Shown here: in pieces, positions 46,192 to 56,348 of the stretch | Numbering within the stretch: position 1 is the first letter of the stretch | Layout of the letters: every line of letters begins with the position of its first letter | Source: an uncultured Subdoligranulum sp. | GTDB lineage: Bacteria; Bacillota; Clostridia; Oscillospirales; Ruminococcaceae | NCBI GenBank assembly: GCA_964458285.1 | Contig: CAYWID010000004.1 | Coordinates: 147,842 to 211,841, forward strand | DNA: 64,000 nt | Direction: 5' to 3' | Translations under genes and position numbers: made by a program | The notes under the pieces: generated by a model | Told to the model about the DNA's origin: nothing | Database searches by the model: none | The model's input: only the letters and a program-made list of their open reading frames with translations

Positions 46192-47499
46192 ATGTGGTTC
46201 AACAAAGCGGTCGTCTATCAGGTCTACCCGCTGGGGCTTTGCGGTGCCCCGCTGCAAAACGACGGCGTGCCGGCGCATCGGATCCTGCGCATCCTTGACT
46301 GGGTGGCGCATATCCAGGCGCTGGGCGCCTCCTGCGTGCTGTTCAACCCCCTGTTTGAGAGCGATGCCCACGGGTACGATACCCGGGATTACACCCGGCT
46401 GGACGCCCGCCTTGGCACCAACGAGGATTTTGCGGCGGTCTGCCGCGCGCTGCACGCGGCGGGCATCCGGGTGATGCTGGACGGCGTGTTCAACCACGCG
46501 GGCCGGGGCTTTTGGGCCTTCCGGGATGTGCAGGAAAAAAAGTGGGACAGCCCCTACAAGGACTGGTTCCACCTCTCGTTTGAGGGCAACAACCGCTACA
46601 ACGACGGCTTTTGGTACGAGTGCTGGGAGGGCTGCGAGGAGCTTGTCAAGCTGAACCTGCAAAACCCGGCGGTGCGGCAATACCTGTTTGACGCCGTCCG
46701 CGGCTGGGTGCGGGATTTTGACATCGACGGGCTGCGCCTGGATGTTGCTTACTGCCTTGACAAGGGGTTTCTGGCCGAGCTTCGCGGCCTGACCGACAGC
46801 CTCAAGCCGGATTTTGTGCTGGTGGGCGAGACGCTGCACGGCGATTACAACCAGTGGATGAACGACAGGGCCTGCCACTCGGTCACAAACTACGAGTGCT
46901 ACAAGGGGCTGTATTCCAGCTTTAACACCGGCAATATGCACGAGATCGCCTACAGCCTCAACCGGCAGTACGGCAGCGAGCCCTGGTGCCTGTACACGGG
47001 CAAGCAGCTATTCAGCTTTGTGGATAACCACGACGTCACCCGCGCGGCCACCATCATGACCGATCCAAGGGAGCTGGCGCCGCTTTACGGCCTGCTGTTC
47101 GGGATGCCGGGCGTTCCGGCGGTCTACTACGGCAGCGAGTGGGGGATGGCCGGCGATAAGAAAAACGGCGATCCCGCCCTTCGCCCCGCCGTCGAAAAGC
47201 CGGAGGAAAACGAGCTGACCGCCTGGATTGCGGCGCTGGCCAAGGCCCGGCAGGGCAGCGCGGCGCTTTGCATCGGCAGCTACCGCAACGTGCTGGTGCA
47301 GCCCAGGCAGCTGCTTTTTGAGCGCCGCGCCGCCGGGGAGCGGGTGCTGGTTGCCATCAACGCGGACAGCGCCCCCTGCCACCTGGATTTCAACGCCGAG
47401 GCGGGCTGCGCCACCGATCTGATCACCGGCCAGTACCATGATTTCGGCGGCGGCAGCGATCTGCCCGCCTACGCCTGCCGTTTCTGGAAAACCGAGTAA
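46192..47499 (+). CDS. GH13 alpha-amylase family (cyclomaltodextrinase/neopullulanase-like), cytoplasmic
   Basis: HGYDTRDY, DGVFNH, DGLRLDVA, VGET, FVDNHD. Confidence 0.92.
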   Translation: MWFNKAVVYQVYPLGLCGAPLQNDGVPAHRILRILDWVAHIQALGASCVLFNPLFESDAHGYDTRDYTRLDARLGTNEDFAAVCRALHAAGIRVMLDGVFNHAGRGFWAFRDVQEKKWDSPYKDWFHLSFEGNNRYNDGFWYECWEGCEELVKLNLQNPAVRQYLFDAVRGWVRDFDIDGLRLDVAYCLDKGFLAELRGLTDSLKPDFVLVGETLHGDYNQWMNDRACHSVTNYECYKGLYSSFNTGNMHEIAYSLNRQYGSEPWCLYTGKQLFSFVDNHDVTRAATIMTDPRELAPLYGLLFGMPGVPAVYYGSEWGMAGDKKNGDPALRPAVEKPEENELTAWIAALAKARQGSAALCIGSYRNVLVQPRQLLFERRAAGERVLVAINADSAPCHLDFNAEAGCATDLITGQYHDFGGGSDLPAYACRFWKTE

Positions 47500-47554
47500 A
47501 AGGGCCGCAGGCCGGCCGATGCAGGCCGCCCAGGCGTCGGCCGCCGCACCCAAC

Positions 47555-47614
47555 AAAAAACCGCAGCGCGTTCGGGTCCCCCCAAAAGGGGGCCGGAACG
47601 CGCTGCGGTTTTTT
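47555..47614. terminator. bidirectional terminator between the GH13 gene and gltD
   Basis: AAAAAACCGCAGCGCGTTC ... GAACGCGCTGCGGTTTTTT. Confidence 0.8.
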
Positions 47615-47691
47615 GCGCGGCAAACGGCGCGCGCCGTTCGCTTTGCTTTGCTTTTATTCTCTTTACACCGGCTGCGCCGGGCAGCCCGCGC

Positions 47692-49173
47692 TCACAGGTT
47701 GCTGTAGCCCATCAGGCAGGCGTCCACGGCGGCGGCGGCGTCCCGGCCCTCGCGCAGGGCCCACACCACCAGGCTTTGGCCCCGGCGCATATCGCCGCAG
47801 GCAAACACCTTGGGCACATCGGTGGCAAAGCGGCGCTCGGCCACGTTGCCGCGCCCGGTCAGCGATACGCCGAACGCATCGGCCACATAGCGCTGGCAGC
47901 CGGTAAACCCGGCGGCAATCAGCACAAGGTCGCACTCCACGGCAAATTCCTCGCCGGTGGGCACCATCCCGCGCCGCCCGGTGGCCTCGTCCACCACCCG
48001 GCTTTCCAGCTTGCTGATCAGCGCGCCGCACACCTGCCCGGCGTCGTTGCGGTAAAATTCCTTGACGGTGGTCTGGTAAATGCGGGGATCGCCGCCGAAT
48101 TTGGCGATGGCCTCCTGCTGGCCGTAATCGGTTTTCAGCACGCGGGGCCACTCCGGCCAGGCGTTGGCGGGGGTGCGGCAGGCGGGCGGGCAGGGCATCA
48201 TTTCCAGCTGCACCACCGCGGTGCAGCCCTGCCGGACGGCGGTGCCCACGCAGTCGTTGCCGGTGTCCCCGCCGCCGATGACCAGCACCTTTTTGCCTGC
48301 CGCGCTGATGGCCTTGCCGTCCGCAAAGCCGCTGTCCAGCAGGCTGTGGGTCACGCTGGAAAGGTAATCCACCGCAAAATGGATGCCCCCGGCCTCGCGG
48401 CCCGGCGCGCCCACGTCGCGGGGCTGCTTGGCGCCGCAGCAAAGCACCACGGCGTCGTAGGCGTCCAGCACGGTCTGCGCGTCCACCGCGCCGCCCACGT
48501 CGGCGCCGGTCTGAAAGGCGATGCCCTCCTCGGCCAGCAGGGCGGCGCGCCGCGCAATGACGGATTTTTCCAGCTTCATGTTGGGGATGCCGTACATCAG
48601 CAGGCCGCCCACCCGGTCCTCCCGCTCCAGCACGGTCACGCTGTGGCCGCGCTTGTTGAGAAGATCGGCCGCCGAAAGCCCGGCAGGCCCGGCGCCCACC
48701 ACGGCCACCTTTTTGCCGGTGCGGGTCGGCGGGGGGCAGGCGCGCAGGGCGCCGCTGGCGTAGCCGTACTCGATGATGGCGCGCTCGTTCTCCCGCACGG
48801 TGACGGGGTCGCCGGTGGCCATGCCGCAGGTGCAGGCCGCCTCGCACAGAGCGGGGCAGACCCGGCTGGTAAACTCGGGAAAGCGGTCGGTGACCATCAG
48901 GCGGCGCAGGGCCAGCTCCCACTTGCCCTGGTAGACAAGATCGTTCCACTCGGGGATCAGGTTGTTGAGCGGGCAGCCGCTGGCCATCCCGCCGATCATC
49001 ATGCCGCTCTGGCAAAAGGGAACGCCGCAGTCCATGCAGCGGGCGCCCTGCCGCTGCTGCTCGTCCCGGTGAAGAGGAATGTGAAACTCGTCAAAATTTT
49101 CAATGCGCTGTTCCGGCGGCAGCTCGGTGCTGGTTTGCCGGGTGTATTCCATAAAGCCTGTGGGTTTTCCCAT
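47692..49173 (-). CDS. gltD: glutamate synthase small subunit
   Basis: RCMDCGVPFCQ, VVGAGPAG, YGIPNMK, IGGGDTG, GDMRRGQSL. Confidence 0.96.
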   Translation of the reverse strand: MGKPTGFMEYTRQTSTELPPEQRIENFDEFHIPLHRDEQQRQGARCMDCGVPFCQSGMMIGGMASGCPLNNLIPEWNDLVYQGKWELALRRLMVTDRFPEFTSRVCPALCEAACTCGMATGDPVTVRENERAIIEYGYASGALRACPPPTRTGKKVAVVGAGPAGLSAADLLNKRGHSVTVLEREDRVGGLLMYGIPNMKLEKSVIARRAALLAEEGIAFQTGADVGGAVDAQTVLDAYDAVVLCCGAKQPRDVGAPGREAGGIHFAVDYLSSVTHSLLDSGFADGKAISAAGKKVLVIGGGDTGNDCVGTAVRQGCTAVVQLEMMPCPPACRTPANAWPEWPRVLKTDYGQQEAIAKFGGDPRIYQTTVKEFYRNDAGQVCGALISKLESRVVDEATGRRGMVPTGEEFAVECDLVLIAAGFTGCQRYVADAFGVSLTGRGNVAERRFATDVPKVFACGDMRRGQSLVVWALREGRDAAAAVDACLMGYSNL

Positions 49174-49187
49174 GTTGGCCGCCCTCC

Positions 49188-52100
49188 TTATTTCGCGTTT
49201 TTCATGGCGTAGAACGCTTCGATCTGCGCCTGCTCGCTGTCCTCGCCCTTTTCTTCCATCTGGGCGATCAGCCGCAGCATTTTGTCGTAATCGTGCGGAA
49301 GCACCTTTTTGAACTTGGGCAGATACTCGCCGAAATTGTCCAGAATCTGCCTGCCGCGCGGGGAGCCCGTCAGCTCCACATGCTCGCGGATCAGCTCCTT
49401 CAGCAGCGAAACGTCGTATTTGTGTTCCACCGGTTCCAGGCTGACCATGTCCTTGTTGACGCGCTGGTAAAAATCCCAGTCCTCGTCCAGCACATAGGCG
49501 ATGCCGCCGCTCATGCCCGCGGCAAAGTTTTTGCCGGTTTTGCCCAGCACCGCCACGGTGCCGCCGGTCATATACTCGCAGCCGTGGTCGCCCACGCCCT
49601 CCACGACGGCCGTTGCGCCCGAGTTGCGCACGCAGAACCGCTCGCCCGCAACGCCGTTGATAAAGGCCTTGCCGGAGGTGGCCCCGTACAGCGCCACGTT
49701 GCCGATCACGATGTTCTGGCTGCGGTCGTAGGCGACGGCGTCGGACGGGTAGACGATCAGCTTTCCGCCCGAAAGCCCTTTGCCCAGGTAATCGTTGGAA
49801 TCGCCCACCAGCTCCAAAGTCAGCCCCGCGGGCAAAAAGGCGCCGAAGCTCTGTCCGCCGTAGCCGCGGCACTTGACATGGAAGGTGTCCTCCGGCAGGC
49901 GGTTGCCGAACCTGCGGGTGATCTCGCTGCCAAAGATCGTGCCGAACGCGCGGTCGGTGTTGCCCACGGCCAGCTCCACGGTCATGGGGCGGGGTTCCTC
50001 GGCGTCGAAGTTCTTCTTGAATTTCTTCATCAGAACCTTCATGTCGGCGGTCTTTTCCAGGCCGAAGTTGTAGGCGGCCTTGCGCTCAAAGTGAACGTTG
50101 GAATCCGCAATCAGGGGGTTGTTGAGCAGCGCGCTCAGATCCAGTTCGCTTGCGCGGCTGCCGGCGGGGGCCTCCCGCACGCGGAGCAGGTCGGTGCGGC
50201 CCACCAGCTCCTCCACGCTGCGCACGCCCAGCCGGGCCATGTACGCGCGCAGATCCTGCGCCATAAAGCGCATAAAGTTCATCACATACGCAGGCTTGCC
50301 CTTGAACCGCTTGCGCAGCTCGGGGTTTTGGGTGCAGATGCCCATGGGGCAGGTGTCCAGATTGCAGACCCGCATCATCACGCAGCCCATCGCAACCAGC
50401 GGGCCGGTGCCAAAGCCGAATTCCTCGGCGCCCAGCATGGCGGCCACGGCCACATCGCGGCCGCTCATCAGCTTGCTGTCCGTCTCGATGCGCACGCGGG
50501 TGCGCAGGCCGTTCATGATCAGGCATTGGTGCGCCTCGGCCACGCCCAGCTCCCAGGGCAGGCCCGCGCCGTGGATCGAATTGCGGGGGGCGGCGCCGGT
50601 GCCGCCGTCAAAGCCGGAGATCAAAATGACCTCGGCGCCTGCCTTGGCCACGCCCGCCGCAATGGTGCCAACGCCCGCCTCGCTGACCAGCTTGACGTTG
50701 ATGGCGGCGCTGCGGTTGGCGCATTTGAGGTCGTAGATCAGCTGGGCCAGATCCTCGATGGAGTAGATATCGTGGTGGGGCGGGGGAGAGATCAGCCCCA
50801 CGCCGGTGGTGGAATGGCGGGTTTTGGCCACCCACGGGTAAACCTTGCCGCCGGGCAGCTGGCCGCCCTCGCCGGGCTTGGCGCCCTGCGCCATCTTGAT
50901 CTGGATTTCCTCGGCGCTGACAAGATAGTTGCTGGTCACGCCGAACCGGGCGGAGGCCACCTGCTTGATGGCGGAGTTGGCCTCGGTGCCGTACCGTTCC
51001 TCGGCCTCGCCGCCCTCGCCGGTGTTGCTTTTGCCGCCCAGCCGGTTCATGGCGATGGCCATGCACTCGTGGGCCTCCTGCGAGAGGGCGCCGTAGCTCA
51101 TGGCCGCGGTCTTGAACCGGTGAACGATCGATTCCACGCTCTCCACTTCCTCAAGGGGAACGCCCTGCGCCGGATAGTTGAAGTCCAGCAGGCTGCGCAG
51201 ATGCACCTCGTCGTCGTTGGTCCGGTTGATGGCGTCGGCATAGGCCTGGAACTTTTGAAAATCGCCGGTCCAGCAGGCCTGCTGCAGCAGATGGATCGTC
51301 AGGGGGTTGTACAGGTGCTGCTCGGCGTGTTCGCCGCTGCGGAATTTATGCTCGCCCAGGCTGGCCAGCTCCATGTTGATGTCCAGGCCCAGCGGGTCAA
51401 ACGCCTGCTGATGGCGGGTTTCCAGATCCTGCTGGATATCGCGCAGGGTGATGCCGCCCACCCGGCTGACCGTGTTGGTAAAGTATTTGTCCACCACGGC
51501 CCGGCTGATGCCCAGCGCCTCAAAAATCTGGCTGCCCTGGTAGGACTGTATCGTGGAAATGCCCATCTTGGAGGCGATTTTCACAATGCCCGCCAGCACG
51601 GCCTTGTTGTAATCGTCCACGGCGGCGTAGTAGTCCTTGTCCAGCAGCCCCTGTTCGATCAGCTCGGCCACCGTCTCCTGCGCCAGATAGGGGTTGATGG
51701 CGCAGGCGCCGTACCCCAGCAGGGTGGCAAAGTGATGCACCGCGCGCGGCTCGCCGCTTTCCAGCACCAGCGCCATGGCGGTCCGCTTTTTGGTGCGCAC
51801 CAGGTACTTGGATACCGCGCCCACGGCCAGCAGGCTGGGGATGGCGACGTGGTACTCGTCGATATCGCGGTCGGACAGGATCAGGATGTTGGCGCCGTCG
51901 CGGTAGGCGCGGTCCACATCGACGAACAGCCGGTCGATGGCCTGCTCCAGGCTGGTGTTTTTATAGTAGCAGATCGAAACGGTCTCGACCTTAAAGCCCG
52001 GCACCTGCATCGATTTGATCTTCAAAACGTCGGTCTCGGTCAGGATGGGGTTGTTGATTTTCAAAACCTTGCAGTTGTCGCTGTTTTCTTCCAGCAGATT

Positions 52101-53738
52101 GCCCTGCGCGCCCACATAGACGGTGGTGGAGGTGACGATTTTTTCCCGCAGCGCGTCGATGGGCGGGTTGGTGACCTGGGCAAACATCTGCTTGAAGTAA
52201 TCAAACAGCGGGGGATGGTTTTTGCTCAGCACGGCCAGCGGGGTATCGCTGCCCATGGCCCCGGCGGGCTCGGCGCCGTTCTTGGCCATCGGCAAAATCA
52301 GGGTGGAAACATCCTCGTACTGGTAGCCGAAGGCCTTCTGCAGCCGCACCAGCTCCTCGCGGTCGTGGCTGGGCACCTTCTGGTTGGGAATTTTCAGCCC
52401 GGCCAGGTTGACAAGGTTGCGGTCCAGCCACTCGCCGTAGGGCTGGCGGGAGGCATAGTCGGCCTTCAGCCGGTCGTCGTCCACCAGCTCGCCCTTCACG
52501 GTGTCCACCAGCAGCATCTTGCCGGGGCGCAGGCGGTCCTTGCGCACCACCTCGGCGTCCGGGATGTCCAGCACGCCGACCTCGGAGGAAAGGATCAGCC
52601 GTCCGTCCGCCGTGATGTAGTACCGGCTGGGGCGCAGGCCGTTGCGGTCCAGCACGGCGCCCATCACGTCGCCGTCCGAGAACAGGATCGACGCGGGGCC
52701 GTCCCACGGCTCCAGCATGGTGGCGTAATACTGGTAAAAATCCCGTTTTTTGGGGTCCATGCTCTTGTTGTTGCTCCACGGCTCGGGGATTGTGACCATA
52801 ACGGCCAGCGGCAGATCCATGCCGTTCATCACCATAAATTCCAGCGTGTTGTCCAGCATGGCGGAATCGCTGCCGTCCTGGTTGACGATGGGCAGGATCT
52901 TGGTCATGTCGTCCTTCAGCACGCTGCTGCCGATGGTTTCCTCGCGGGCCAGCATGGTGTCCACGTTGCCGCGGATCGTGTTGATCTCGCCGTTGTGCAG
53001 AATATAGCGGTTGGGGTGGGCGCGGTTCCAGCTGGGCGCGGTGTTGGTGGAAAACCGGCTGTGTACCATGCCGATGGCCGAGCGGTAATCGGCGCTTTGC
53101 AGATCGGGGTAGAACAGGCGCAGCTCCTTGACCAAAAACATCCCCTTGTAGACGATCGTGCGGCTGGAAAGGCTGCACACATAGGTGTTCAGGCAGCTCT
53201 GTTCAAAGATGCGGCGCACCACATACAGTCTGCGGTCAAAATCGATCCCCGCCGCCACGCGGGCGGGCTTTTCCACAAAGCCCTGCCAGATGCTGGGCAT
53301 ACAGTCCCGCGCCTTGTTGCCCAAAACCTCAGGGCAGGTGGGAACCGCGCGCCAGCCCAAAAAGGTCAGACCTTCCTTTTTGCAGATAATCTCAAACAGC
53401 TTGCGGGCCTGGTTGCGCTGCAACTCGTCCTGCGGAAAAAAGAACATTCCCACGCCGTATTCCCGCTCCCGGCCCAGGGCGATGCCCTCGGCGGCCGCGG
53501 CCTTTGCAAAAAATTCATGGCCGATTTGCAGCAGAATGCCCACGCCGTCGCCGGTTTTGCCCTCGGCGTCCTTGCCCGCGCGGTGTTCCAGATGCTCCAC
53601 GATCTGCAAGGCGTCGTCAATGGTTTTGTGGGTCTTGCGGCCCCGGATGTCCACCACGGCGCCGATGCCGCAGTTGTCGTGTTCAAAGCGGGGGCTGTAC
53701 AGCCCGGCGCTTTCGCTGCGCACTGTAAAGTCTTCCAT
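49188..53738 (-). CDS. gltB: glutamate synthase large subunit
   Basis: EHDNCGIG, HSRFSTNT, HNGEINT, KMAQGAKPGEGG, CVMMRVCNLDTC, GDHGCEYMTGG. Confidence 0.97.
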   Translation of the reverse strand: MEDFTVRSESAGLYSPRFEHDNCGIGAVVDIRGRKTHKTIDDALQIVEHLEHRAGKDAEGKTGDGVGILLQIGHEFFAKAAAAEGIALGREREYGVGMFFFPQDELQRNQARKLFEIICKKEGLTFLGWRAVPTCPEVLGNKARDCMPSIWQGFVEKPARVAAGIDFDRRLYVVRRIFEQSCLNTYVCSLSSRTIVYKGMFLVKELRLFYPDLQSADYRSAIGMVHSRFSTNTAPSWNRAHPNRYILHNGEINTIRGNVDTMLAREETIGSSVLKDDMTKILPIVNQDGSDSAMLDNTLEFMVMNGMDLPLAVMVTIPEPWSNNKSMDPKKRDFYQYYATMLEPWDGPASILFSDGDVMGAVLDRNGLRPSRYYITADGRLILSSEVGVLDIPDAEVVRKDRLRPGKMLLVDTVKGELVDDDRLKADYASRQPYGEWLDRNLVNLAGLKIPNQKVPSHDREELVRLQKAFGYQYEDVSTLILPMAKNGAEPAGAMGSDTPLAVLSKNHPPLFDYFKQMFAQVTNPPIDALREKIVTSTTVYVGAQGNLLEENSDNCKVLKINNPILTETDVLKIKSMQVPGFKVETVSICYYKNTSLEQAIDRLFVDVDRAYRDGANILILSDRDIDEYHVAIPSLLAVGAVSKYLVRTKKRTAMALVLESGEPRAVHHFATLLGYGACAINPYLAQETVAELIEQGLLDKDYYAAVDDYNKAVLAGIVKIASKMGISTIQSYQGSQIFEALGISRAVVDKYFTNTVSRVGGITLRDIQQDLETRHQQAFDPLGLDINMELASLGEHKFRSGEHAEQHLYNPLTIHLLQQACWTGDFQKFQAYADAINRTNDDEVHLRSLLDFNYPAQGVPLEEVESVESIVHRFKTAAMSYGALSQEAHECMAIAMNRLGGKSNTGEGGEAEERYGTEANSAIKQVASARFGVTSNYLVSAEEIQIKMAQGAKPGEGGQLPGGKVYPWVAKTRHSTTGVGLISPPPHHDIYSIEDLAQLIYDLKCANRSAAINVKLVSEAGVGTIAAGVAKAGAEVILISGFDGGTGAAPRNSIHGAGLPWELGVAEAHQCLIMNGLRTRVRIETDSKLMSGRDVAVAAMLGAEEFGFGTGPLVAMGCVMMRVCNLDTCPMGICTQNPELRKRFKGKPAYVMNFMRFMAQDLRAYMARLGVRSVEELVGRTDLLRVREAPAGSRASELDLSALLNNPLIADSNVHFERKAAYNFGLEKTADMKVLMKKFKKNFDAEEPRPMTVELAVGNTDRAFGTIFGSEITRRFGNRLPEDTFHVKCRGYGGQSFGAFLPAGLTLELVGDSNDYLGKGLSGGKLIVYPSDAVAYDRSQNIVIGNVALYGATSGKAFINGVAGERFCVRNSGATAVVEGVGDHGCEYMTGGTVAVLGKTGKNFAAGMSGGIAYVLDEDWDFYQRVNKDMVSLEPVEHKYDVSLLKELIREHVELTGSPRGRQILDNFGEYLPKFKKVLPHDYDKMLRLIAQMEEKGEDSEQAQIEAFYAMKNAK

Positions 53739-53976
53739 CCTGTTTCTCCTTCCCGTGTACCCGATGCGCGGTCCGCCCGGCTGTGCCATAGGGCAAAACC
53801 GGGCCGGACGGCAAAAAAAAGACGCCCCGCGGCGGGGCGCAATGGCCCCTGCCGGGAACGTCTTTGTTCTTGCCATCACTATACCATGGCAAGCGCGCAT
53901 TTACAAGGGAGAAACAAAAGATTCTTTAAAAATTCAGGCAAAAAACAATGCAAAATTAAAATGCAAGGTATTCTGC

Positions 53977-54402
53977 TTACGATTCTTTTGCATCGTGGCC
54001 GTTCTGGGCCTTCAGCTCGGCCAGGATGTCGGTCAGCAGCTCCTCCTGGGTGGGCTTCTTGGGCTCGTCCTCGGCCTCCTCGGTCTTGCCTTCCAGAGAT
54101 TTGCGCAGGTCGCTCAGGCGGTTCATGCCTTTCAGGATGCAGAACAGCACCAGCGCCATCAGGAAGAAGTTGATGACGGTGGAGATAAAGGCGCCGATGC
54201 CAAGGCTTACGGTGGGGGTCAGCTGGATCGCCACGCCGCTGAAATCGGTTTGAAAGATCAGGCCGATGAGGGGGTTGATGATGTTGGCCGTCAGCGAATC
54301 CACAATGCCCTTGAACGCGCCGCCGATGATGACGCCGATGGCCATGTCCATCACGTTGCCCTTGAGGGCGAACGCGCGGAATTCTTCCCAAAATTTTTTC
54401 AT
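53977..54402 (-). CDS. mscL: large-conductance mechanosensitive channel
   Basis: EFRAFALKGNVMDMAIGVIIGGAF, LLTDI. Confidence 0.96.
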   Translation of the reverse strand: MKKFWEEFRAFALKGNVMDMAIGVIIGGAFKGIVDSLTANIINPLIGLIFQTDFSGVAIQLTPTVSLGIGAFISTVINFFLMALVLFCILKGMNRLSDLRKSLEGKTEEAEDEPKKPTQEELLTDILAELKAQNGHDAKES

Positions 54403-54494
54403 AGAGAATGCCTCCTTGCTTGCAATTCAAACCGGCCCCGGAAGTCCCGAGGCCGGCTGTAGACGTATTTCCGGGCCGCTTACGGGGGGCGCGC

Positions 54495-55322
54495 TCAGCC
54501 TTTCAGCAGGGCGGCCACGGCCTTGGCGGCCTCGTCCAGATAGCTGCCGGCAAAGGTCTCGATCATGCCGGCGTCGGCCTCCCTGGCCAGCTCGGGGTCG
54601 ATGGGCATTTTGGCCAGCACCGGCAGGCCGTAGCGGGCGGCGGTTTCCTCCACATGGCTGTCGCCAAAGACGGAGATATGTTTGCCGCAATCGGGGCAGA
54701 CGGCGTAGCTCATGTTTTCCACAATGCCCAGGAGCGGCACCTTCATCATCTGGGCCATCTGAACGGCCTTTCCCACGATCATGCCCACCAGCTCCTGCGG
54801 GCTGGAAACGATGACGATGCCGTCCACCGGCAGCGTCTGAAAGACCGTGAGGGGAACGTCGCCGGTGCCCGGGGGCATATCGACGAACAGAAAATCGACA
54901 TCCTGCCAGATCACATCCTGCCAGAATTGCTTGACGGCCCCGGCAATGACCGGGCCGCGCCAGACGACGGGGGCTTCCTCGTCCTCCAGCAGCAGGTTGA
55001 TGCTCATGATCGAGATATCGGTATGGCTTTTGACGGGGTAGATGCCGTCGTCGTCGCCCCCGGCGGGGCCGTGGACGCCGAACAGCCTGGGGATGGAGGG
55101 GCCGGTGATGTCGGCGTCCAGAATGCCTACCGAATAGCCCAGACGGCGCATGGAAACGGCCAGCATGGCGCTGGTCATGCTTTTGCCCACGCCGCCCTTG
55201 CCGGATACCACGCCGATCACCTTTTTAATATGGCTTTTGGCGTGCGGCGGCTCGTGCTGCGGGGGGCGGCTGTCGCAGCTGGCGCTGCAATGGTCGCAAT
55301 CGTGGTTGCAAGATTCACTCAT
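54495..55322 (-). CDS. Mrp/NBP35 family Fe-S cluster carrier ATPase
   Basis: SGKGGVGKS, DADITGPSIP, DMPPGTGD, ENMS-CPDC. Confidence 0.94.
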   Translation of the reverse strand: MSESCNHDCDHCSASCDSRPPQHEPPHAKSHIKKVIGVVSGKGGVGKSMTSAMLAVSMRRLGYSVGILDADITGPSIPRLFGVHGPAGGDDDGIYPVKSHTDISIMSINLLLEDEEAPVVWRGPVIAGAVKQFWQDVIWQDVDFLFVDMPPGTGDVPLTVFQTLPVDGIVIVSSPQELVGMIVGKAVQMAQMMKVPLLGIVENMSYAVCPDCGKHISVFGDSHVEETAARYGLPVLAKMPIDPELAREADAGMIETFAGSYLDEAAKAVAALLKG

Positions 55323-55429
55323 ATTGAAAGTTCTCCTTATTGTAATGGGTACAGTTCCAGTTTACGCCCCTTTCGGACGTTTTGCAAGAGGCGCGGTCGG
55401 CCTTTGCCGCGCGCTTTCCGCGCCGTGCG

Positions 55430-56263
55430 TCAGGGCAGCGCGGCCACAATGCCCGCCACCAGCGCTTCAAACACCGGGCCGCGGCGGTTGGCCGTGGCCA
55501 GCACCTCGTCGCCGTCCAGCCGCTTGTCCGCCATGCCGGCGGCCATGTTGGTCAGCAGGCTGAGGCCCAGCACCGGCAGGCCGCAGTGGGCCGCCGCAAT
55601 GGCCTCGGGCACGGTACTCATCCCCACGGCGTCCGCGCCCAGGGTGCGAAAAGCCCGGATCTCGGCGGGCGTCTCAAAGCTGGGGCCCATGTAGCCCAGG
55701 TAAACGCCGGAGCGCAGCGTCACGTTTTGGGCCATGGCGACATCCAGAGCGATTTTTTGCAGCTCCGGCGCATACACATGGGTCATATCGCAAAAGCGGG
55801 GGCCGATGGCGTCATCGTTGGCGCCGCGCAGCGGGTTGGCGCCCATAAAGTTGATGTGGTCGGTGATCAGCATAAAATCGCCCACCGAAAAATCCCGGTT
55901 GACGCCGCCCGCCGCGTTGGTCAAAAGCAGGGCGCGGCAGCCCAGCGCCTTCAGCACCCGCACCGGCAGCGCGATGGCGGACATCTCGTGTCCCTCGTAG
56001 TAGTGGTACCGCCCCTGCATGCACAGCACGGGGGCGCCGCCCAGCGTACCGGCCACAAAGCGGCCCGCGTGGCCGGGCGCGGTGGCGGCGGGAAAGCCCG
56101 GCACCTCCGCGTAGGGGATGAAAACGGGGTCGGCGATGCGGTCGGCCAAACCGCCCAGCCCGGAACCCAGCACCAGCGCGTACCGGGGCGCAAAGGGCAG
56201 GCGGCCTTGCAGATAGCCGGCGGCGGCCCGCACGGCGGCCCCATCGGCGGAAATGTGTGACAT
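55430..56263 (-). CDS. punA: purine nucleoside phosphorylase (trimeric type)
   Basis: LGSGLG, QGRYHYYEG, TNAAGG, GPSFETPAE, VGMST. Confidence 0.95.
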   Translation of the reverse strand: MSHISADGAAVRAAAGYLQGRLPFAPRYALVLGSGLGGLADRIADPVFIPYAEVPGFPAATAPGHAGRFVAGTLGGAPVLCMQGRYHYYEGHEMSAIALPVRVLKALGCRALLLTNAAGGVNRDFSVGDFMLITDHINFMGANPLRGANDDAIGPRFCDMTHVYAPELQKIALDVAMAQNVTLRSGVYLGYMGPSFETPAEIRAFRTLGADAVGMSTVPEAIAAAHCGLPVLGLSLLTNMAAGMADKRLDGDEVLATANRRGPVFEALVAGIVAALP

Positions 56264-56348
56264 GGCAAATCCCTCCAAAATACCAAAGTTGCGTTTTTAC
56301 CAGTGTACCATAGGACATGGCGCGATACAAGCGGGAGGAACCGACAAA

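Noticed and set aside
49293-54173. Very long antisense ORFs (1626 aa here; also 33301-36504, 14906-16831, 2701-4950 and many others)
   Set aside because: Shadow frames opposite well-supported genes, expected in a high-GC genome; no recognisable motifs.
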